Source of the DNA: an uncultured delta proteobacterium
GTDB lineage: Bacteria; Myxococcota_A; Polyangia; Fen-1088
DNA: 64,000 bases
Assembly (NCBI GenBank): GCA_963849735.1
Contig: CAWKJE010000012.1
Coordinates: 193,199-257,198, forward strand
Direction of reading: 5' to 3'
This document shows, piece by piece, positions 59,101 through 64,000 of the stretch. Below the pieces are notes generated by a model. It did not search any database and had not been told where the DNA came from. It saw nothing but the letters and a program-made list of their open reading frames with translations. Position 1 is the stretch's first letter. Every line of letters starts with the position of its first letter. A program made the translations under genes and the position numbers.

Positions 59101-59574
59101 TATCGCGAGGAGTTCCTCAAGTTCCTGACCCGGGCGGCCGACCTGACGACCACCCTCTTCGCCCGCGGCGCGAGCAAGATCGCGATGCCGGTCGGGGTCC
59201 ACATCCGCCCCTCGCCGCAATACTCCAAGATCATTCTGGATGTGGGTAGCAAGCGGATAACCGGGCTCAACGCTCTCGATCGCTGGGACGAGATCATCTG
59301 GCCGGTGCATCGCGCCGTCCTCCACCTCTTCGTCAAGAACGACGAGGTCGATGCGGTTGGCCCGCGCGATGACGGGGAGTGGGCGCTGTTCTACCTGCTC
59401 GGGCTGGGCGGCAATGCCACCAGAATCGGGGATGCGATCTCGCTCGCCTACCCCACGGCGAACGGGCAAGCCAAAATTCAAGTCGATTTCAAGCCCGAGG
59501 ATATTCGTGAGCTCTTCCAGAGATTCAGCTTGCCCAGGTCGATCACGGTCGGGGGCGGCACCTGCAGAAAGTAG
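56119..59574 (+). CDS. tssM: Type VI secretion membrane protein TssM (IcmF family)
   Basis: N-terminal TM helices, Walker A GPPGAGKTTALRSSG and the large IcmF-like periplasmic domain. 1151 aa. Confidence 0.85.
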   Translation: MLKYVFAAIFIALAWAAAIVFHGVAPLLWAAIAVTVCLVLGLGLWAIMSATFTRKSAGAIEAGLDSAARARPDQQAEIGAMQLEFQRAIAGLKSSRLGHKGRDALSLLPWYVIIGPPGAGKTTALRSSGLQFPYAKGGKVKGVGGTRNCDWWLTNEAIILDTAGRWSTQDDDHDEWLAFLRLLRKTRPKKPVNGILLAVSLLDLDGGEAEVAALAKALRERLDEVTGCLDMVVPVYLLVTKTDLVPGFVEMWGDLRDKERGQIWGVTLPLLASPDERTGLLEEQLQELFDVAGQRAFFRMCDERRLEARHKIFEFAPQLEALGRNLSLLVADLFADNVYQDAPILRGVYFTSGTQEGRPIDRIMQNMASAFGVAERAAAASVAVTKPKSYFLRDVFTEVVFPDQAAAVRSSRVMRQQRLLRLGLTVAAFALAAGLLLLPIRSYQTNSGYAKDALRAINKLSASRAAKDAMGLPSGEALESVEDLAKALVEGEGNSVLFPRDSVTRELHTAVERLIVRPLIRADLSKASAVGGLGTSELMDALILHLLLTQDKQPDEPTPRSDRWEAGVKLAAEKAAARWISLTNQSGGGRAPRVLEGLVRFYAGGITDPADMVDRDKKFVTYARAVLIGSGDDPLGDVINDPSMPRDLKDIDLLGSAVVLLTPQQPQGKPAKKEIAVRGAFTPAGYLAVEKRLRQLEKAQSDDDESSWILGKERKARDARAIAKIKADYFVQYIAAWQRFLLTLAVREPASLDEARALIKRLSSEKPFEVAWKNISANLTLKEEESLTDKALGKAREALDRGTGGIATAELARGDDRTAAGPRQVETAFAGLMRFGSVKPTGFEQYDQLLGELGGVMGEQGMPDAKTFPNAIRTLRTNLQNLVARYDDQGWEQGVLEKILMPPLRGAEVAVTGATTDSANRKWCETVVVAFDQLLAGRYPFATVRTTGEARIADIEKFFLPTSGTLWQYYSDALANDIERVGDVFRAKDGAAIHYREEFLKFLTRAADLTTTLFARGASKIAMPVGVHIRPSPQYSKIILDVGSKRITGLNALDRWDEIIWPVHRAVLHLFVKNDEVDAVGPRDDGEWALFYLLGLGGNATRIGDAISLAYPTANGQAKIQVDFKPEDIRELFQRFSLPRSITVGGGTCRK

Positions 59575-60512
59575 TGCCCGCCATGATGAGCTCATCTTCT
59601 CCGCTGCGACCCGTGCTGGGGCTCTACGGCAAAATTCCGGCGGAAAGGGACTACGTGCGCATCAACGCCGGGGAGTTCCAGCAGGCCGGGATGGACAAGT
59701 GGTTCCAGGAGGGCGTCGAGTGCCTGCACACGGAAGGGACGCGCCTGCCCGAGGAGCCGGCCCACTTCGTCTTGCTCGCGCCGGGCGGTAATGCGTTCAT
59801 AGGCTGCCTGCGCCCGGGGGAAGATCGGGTCGGGCGGAGCTTTCCCTTGATCATCGCCATGCACCTGGAGATTGCTCCGGGACCTGACGCTTTGCCCCTC
59901 CTACCCACCATCTTCGCGCCCTTTTTCACGGCGGCCGCCCAGCTGGCGGAGCAAGCGAAGGCCATGGGGACGCAGGCGCTAGCCGGGCAGGTCGAGGGCT
60001 TGCGCGCCAGCCTGGGCTGCTCAGCCGAGCTCTTGTCGCTCGACGAGCTACTCGCACGGTCAAGCTTTTTCGAGCTGCGCGTCGCGGTGGGCGGCTACGA
60101 CGAGGGCGCCGCCTACGCTCTGCACACCATGGTCACCTCCTGCCGGCAGGCGCAGGAGGCGGGCGCGGATACCGCCAAGCGGACTGTCACCGTCGACTGT
60201 CCCACGCCTACCGATGGGATGCGGATCTTCTGGCTGGAGCTGGTGCGCCGTCTCCTGGGCTCGGCCCCGGTGATGCCTTCGCTGCTGTGGACAGCTAGCC
60301 GACTCCTGGTCGCGCTCGGACCTCCGCCCGCGCAGCTCTTGGCCTACTTGGCCAACCCGGAGCACAAGAGCTCGCGCTACTGGCCGCTGCGCACCAATAG
60401 CCCGGCGGCCAACGCCAAGGCAGGGCAAGGGTTGTCGGCTGAGCAACAACGGCTACTGGGTAGTGGTCAGGTTTCGCTGGCCGGGGTGCTGGCCGCTTTT
60501 GCACCGCAGTAG
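59574..60512 (+). CDS. tagF: Type VI secretion-associated protein TagF
   Basis: N-terminal LGLYGKIPAERDYV matches TagF (GFFGKLPS.GDFV). GTG start overlaps the tssM TAG stop. Confidence 0.65.
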   Translation: MPAMMSSSSPLRPVLGLYGKIPAERDYVRINAGEFQQAGMDKWFQEGVECLHTEGTRLPEEPAHFVLLAPGGNAFIGCLRPGEDRVGRSFPLIIAMHLEIAPGPDALPLLPTIFAPFFTAAAQLAEQAKAMGTQALAGQVEGLRASLGCSAELLSLDELLARSSFFELRVAVGGYDEGAAYALHTMVTSCRQAQEAGADTAKRTVTVDCPTPTDGMRIFWLELVRRLLGSAPVMPSLLWTASRLLVALGPPPAQLLAYLANPEHKSSRYWPLRTNSPAANAKAGQGLSAEQQRLLGSGQVSLAGVLAAFAPQ

Positions 60513-60580
60513 CGGTCGTCCACGCCCCACAGCTGAGGTGAACCCCCACCCCGGGTCCCATAATCCTCCCCGGGTTCCCA

Positions 60581-62584
60581 TCACCTTCCATCCGTTGGGG
60601 GGAGCTCGATTAGGGGGATCTGGTCGCGGCGTTTGGGCTGCAGGTCGGCGCCGATGAGCGGGGGTAGCTTGAGCTCTTGGCTGAGATCGGGGGGGGGATT
60701 GGTCCAATCGAGCAGGGGGACGGCGAGACGGCGCGGCTCGAGGCCGCTGTCACTGCTGAGAGTGTCGTGCGGCCAAGGGATGTCGACGTGAGTGGTGAGC
60801 GCGGCGAGGGTCATGAGAAAGGTTATCGGGTTGTAGGAGTAGATGATCTGGTTCCTGGGCAAACCGGCATGGTCGGCCAAGGCATCGTTCCAGAACAGGT
60901 AGGGGGCTATAGCGACCGCATAGATGCGCCGCCGTTCGGCCTCGGTGATGCCGGACAGCTCGCGCAGATGGACGAACTCGTCGAGCGTGGTGCGATCGCC
61001 CCATTCGTGGCGATGACGGATAGCGGTGCGCCGCAAGGCCTGACGCTTGCCGATGTCGCCCCCGTGGAACAGGGCGAGGAGCTCCTTGTCGTCGATCTGC
61101 CCGTCACCGTTCAGGTCCATCATTTTGACGATGGCGTCGCGTCGGGCGATGGGGCCGTCGGCGCTCGCGTTCAGGTAGCGAAAGGCGTGCTCGAGGTCGC
61201 CGGGCAGCTTTTCGGTGGTGAAGATCTCGAAGTGGAGCTCTGAGCCATGCTCGGGCCCGCGTTTGACGTGGCCCAGGTATCCGACGATATCCCCGGTCTC
61301 TAGTCGCTCATCGAGCAGAATGACCGCACCCGACTCGAGCGCGCGGCGCTCGGCTGCCCGCTCGGGCCGCATGAGCGCCTGCATCCAGGGTACCCGGTTG
61401 TCCGGCCCGAAGGCGGGCAGGGCGAGGTGGGCGAGCAGGGAGAAGAAGACCAGGGTCGACCCCTCCACCTCGATCTCGTGGCGCACGAGCACGAACGAGG
61501 TTGACGAGTCGTTGCGTTGGGCCCAGCGGGCAGCTACCAGGCGCCCGCGGGTGGGGGCGGAGACCGGCGCGTTCGCCCGTCCCCTGAGATGCACCCCCGA
61601 GTGCCACAGTCGACCCGGGGCCAGCGGAAAGAAACCAGTGGCGCGATCTTCGGCGGCGAAAAATGCGGCGCGGCGAGCGGCGAGCAGCTCATCACGGGTG
61701 CGCGGCACCTCGGTGAAGGCCCGGATCTGTATGGGGAATACGAAGCCCTGCAGGGCACGCAGGATGCGCTTCCAGTCGAGTGCGCCGGGATCCCACTTCC
61801 GCTTGTCGAGGTCGACGTGGAGATGGCCCACGATGCCGTGAAAGTCGAGCGGTCGTTCCAGGGTGTCCATGATCACTTCCCCGTTGCGCTCGGGAACCTC
61901 GGGTTTGAGATTGGGGAAGATGCGCAGCAGGGTACGCGTCAGGGCGACGATGGATTCGTACTGCTCGGGACGGAAATCATAAGCGTCGTACCGAAAGCCA
62001 TTGACGACCACGTCGTGATGAGGCCGGGTGCGCCACTCGGGCGGAAGCCGGTTGAGCTCGGAGGGGTTGTAACGGCCGCGGTTGCAGATCTCCACTCCTA
62101 TCGATATGGAGTTCTCCTGCTCGGCATGGTAGGCGCGCTCGACCAGATCGAGGGTTTGATAGATCGTCCCATCGGTGTCGATCATGAAGTGCGCCGACAG
62201 GCCGCAGCCGGTACCGCCGTTGGGACGAGTCCGATTGTGCATCGACTTGAAGCAGGAGCGGGAATTGACGCAGCCGTCGAAGTGCAATACGAATTGGGAC
62301 ACGATGGCTTGCAGGTTTTCCAGGGTCCGTTCGGTCAGGCCCTTGCGCGTGCCGTAGCGCTCGGAATCGAAGTCGCAGCAGCCCCCGCTCTGGTCGATGC
62401 AGCGCTTCTCGTAGGCGTTGAAGCCTTGTTCATCGTTCCACAGCACGACGGTGCGTCCCACGTCGAAGGCTTGGCCAGCTGCAACAATAGAAGTGCCACG
62501 GGTGGGGCCGGGTGGTACCGGGGCTGGCTCTCCGGCCAGTGCCGGGAGCAGGATCGGGAGGAGGTGGAGGAATATGGCAGCCAT
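60581..62584 (-). CDS. Secreted bifunctional peptidoglycan hydrolase: N-acetylmuramoyl-L-alanine amidase (amidase_2) + M23 peptidase + EF-hand, with a C-terminal extension of unknown function
   Basis: Signal peptide MAAIFLHLLPILLPALAG. Amidase_2 core SAHFMIDTDGTIYQ...AYHA. M23 motifs WHSGVHL and GSELHFEIF. Canonical EF-hand loop DLNGDGQIDDKE. Confidence 0.75.
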   Translation of the reverse strand: MAAIFLHLLPILLPALAGEPAPVPPGPTRGTSIVAAGQAFDVGRTVVLWNDEQGFNAYEKRCIDQSGGCCDFDSERYGTRKGLTERTLENLQAIVSQFVLHFDGCVNSRSCFKSMHNRTRPNGGTGCGLSAHFMIDTDGTIYQTLDLVERAYHAEQENSISIGVEICNRGRYNPSELNRLPPEWRTRPHHDVVVNGFRYDAYDFRPEQYESIVALTRTLLRIFPNLKPEVPERNGEVIMDTLERPLDFHGIVGHLHVDLDKRKWDPGALDWKRILRALQGFVFPIQIRAFTEVPRTRDELLAARRAAFFAAEDRATGFFPLAPGRLWHSGVHLRGRANAPVSAPTRGRLVAARWAQRNDSSTSFVLVRHEIEVEGSTLVFFSLLAHLALPAFGPDNRVPWMQALMRPERAAERRALESGAVILLDERLETGDIVGYLGHVKRGPEHGSELHFEIFTTEKLPGDLEHAFRYLNASADGPIARRDAIVKMMDLNGDGQIDDKELLALFHGGDIGKRQALRRTAIRHRHEWGDRTTLDEFVHLRELSGITEAERRRIYAVAIAPYLFWNDALADHAGLPRNQIIYSYNPITFLMTLAALTTHVDIPWPHDTLSSDSGLEPRRLAVPLLDWTNPPPDLSQELKLPPLIGADLQPKRRDQIPLIELPPTDGR

Positions 62585-62623
62585 GGCGGGCAAGGCAGGG
62601 TGAGGTTTAGGTAGGACTACCGT

Positions 62624-63370
62624 TTGACCATCGTCGCCGGCAAATCTATCATCGCTGGCGGCGAGCAAGCTGTGTCCGACAAGGCAAGAAATGGTTCGTG
62701 GTCAGGCAGCGGGTCGGGCGATCAACCGGGTCGGTCGGGGAGATCTGTGCCGGGAGGCGAGTCGCGCGGCGCGGCTAGCGGCGCAAGCCGCGAGTCGATC
62801 GAGGAGCTCATCCCCTCTGCTCTGGCGACGCCCGGCGAAGAGAGGTTTTGCCCCAATTGCGGGCAGCCCATGCTGGCTTCCTGGGGTGCCACTTGTGGAA
62901 GCTGTCGGCCGCGCATGGCCTCGCCCAAGACCATGTTCGCCGCTTCGGCCGCGGATAGCCGGGGCGTGGTAACCCTGCCCGGGCTCAGCCTGGGTTGGTT
63001 CGTCGTGCTCTCCTCGCTCGACGCCGCGCGTGTCGGCACCCTCTTCGAGCTAGCTACCCCGCTCACCGTGATCTCGCGTGGCGCCAAGGCCAGCACCTCC
63101 GCGGAGACGTGGCTGGACTTCAACGACAAGTTCATCTCCCAAGGACATGCCATGGTCTATCGGCCCCAGCGGGCGGGTGGGGAAGAGGCCTTCGCCATCC
63201 GCGATCGGGAGACCCCGGGACCGTCGGCCAATGGGACCTTCGTCAATTCGCATAAGCTGGCGGCGGGTGAGCGGGCCGAGCTGGGCGAAGGCGACATCGT
63301 TCGCGTGGGCCGTACCGAGTTGATGTTCAAGTCGCTTTGGCTGGCACCTGGGGGGAAGGCGGGAGCGTGA
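62624..63370 (+). CDS. FHA-domain protein with an N-terminal zinc-ribbon (T6SS Fha/TagH-like candidate)
   Basis: CPNCGQ...CGSC zinc ribbon. C-terminal FHA pattern (GEGDIVRVGRTELMFK, NGTFVN). The start is uncertain. Confidence 0.55.
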   Translation: MTIVAGKSIIAGGEQAVSDKARNGSWSGSGSGDQPGRSGRSVPGGESRGAASGASRESIEELIPSALATPGEERFCPNCGQPMLASWGATCGSCRPRMASPKTMFAASAADSRGVVTLPGLSLGWFVVLSSLDAARVGTLFELATPLTVISRGAKASTSAETWLDFNDKFISQGHAMVYRPQRAGGEEAFAIRDRETPGPSANGTFVNSHKLAAGERAELGEGDIVRVGRTELMFKSLWLAPGGKAGA

Positions 63371-64000
63371 GGCTAGCCGGTTTCGTGCTCTCGCTCTGGG
63401 TCCTGTTCGGCGCTCCGCTCGCGCGCGCCGCTCCCAGCCTGATGGCCTCGATGCCGGTGGTGGACCGGGATGCGGACGCGATGATACTGCTGGTGGGCGG
63501 CATCTCCGAGGAGGGCGCCACGGTGAAGCCGAGCTCGATCGAGGTGGATGTGGATGGCGCCCCCGGGCCGGCCCCGAAGTCGGTCGAGGTGTTCTCCGAG
63601 TACGCCGAGGCGGCGGCGGAGAAGAGCCAGGCCTGGAAGTCTCCCCTCGCGGTCGGGCTGGTGTACTTGTGGGTCAAGGAGGTGCCGGCCGGCCTTTCGG
63701 ACGCGATTCTCGAAGGGGTCGAGGGCTTTGTCCACCGCATTCCGGCGCGGAGCAACGTGTACGTCACCCTCTATGGTCGCAAGCGTCAGCCGATTCCCAA
63801 GCTCAAGGCCTCGGAAATCGGCGGACAGCTCCACGACCTGGGCTATCTGGCCGGAGATCGTCCCAACCTGGCGGACGCGATTCGCGTCGACCTCAAGGCC
63901 CTGCTCGGCGACGAGAGCCCCTTCAAGGTCATGGTGGTGGTGACCGATGGCCGCGACTACAACGATGCCACCGGGGACAGCGCGGCCGATTTCGGTGCGA
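63367..64000 (+). CDS. Partial CDS (3-prime end beyond window): secreted protein, possibly vWA-like
   Basis: GTG start overlaps the FHA TGA stop. Signal-like N-terminus VRLAGFVLSLWVLFGAPLARA. The weak ...KVMVVVTDGRDYND resembles a vWA strand. No in-frame stop before 64000. Confidence 0.35.
   Translation, partial: MRLAGFVLSLWVLFGAPLARAAPSLMASMPVVDRDADAMILLVGGISEEGATVKPSSIEVDVDGAPGPAPKSVEVFSEYAEAAAEKSQAWKSPLAVGLVYLWVKEVPAGLSDAILEGVEGFVHRIPARSNVYVTLYGRKRQPIPKLKASEIGGQLHDLGYLAGDRPNLADAIRVDLKALLGDESPFKVMVVVTDGRDYNDATGDSAADFGA

Overview
Very high-GC (well above 60% by eye) chromosomal segment with myxobacteria/deltaproteobacteria-like gene content; no rRNA, CRISPR, integrase or transposase was seen. 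Four blocks. (1) Housekeeping genes at 1-16 kb: fmt, an RpoD-family sigma factor, psd, glnB-glnA, pyrK-pyrD, an M16 lipoprotein peptidase, yacG and tRNA-Pro(GGG). (2) Mixed block at 16-24 kb: a secreted beta-rich protein, an orphan SPPY methyltransferase, a translationally coupled MshEN/GAF gene pair, an HhH-GPD glycosylase and parAB, followed by a 79-bp x4 tandem repeat array. (3) An 11-gene single-strand operon at 24.5-36.2 kb, then a divergent 36.4-51 kb module. The operon has the complete GDP-D-glycero-alpha-D-manno-heptose pathway (gmhA, hddA, gmhB, hddC), GT4, GT32 and GT-C glycosyltransferases, a radical SAM enzyme, an AP-family phosphodiesterase and a flippase-like membrane protein. 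The divergent module has two paralogous AsnB/WbpS-type amidotransferases, two paralogous MMPL/RND exporters, a Wzx-like flippase and a GT2 polyprenyl-phosphate glycosyltransferase. (4) ptsP (GAF-EI), then a partial type VI secretion cluster (tssJ-tssK-tssL-tssM-tagF). An oppositely oriented secreted amidase_2 + M23 + EF-hand peptidoglycan hydrolase and an FHA protein sit next to it. Three things the gene calls do not explain: a roughly 21-bp palindrome (AAGGACCCT-N1-5-AGGGTCCTT) that sits in-frame in three genes and forms the C-terminus plus stop codon of two of them; many GTGA/ATGA start-stop overlaps; and several intergenic repeat families. Functions were assigned from motifs read by eye, not from database searches.
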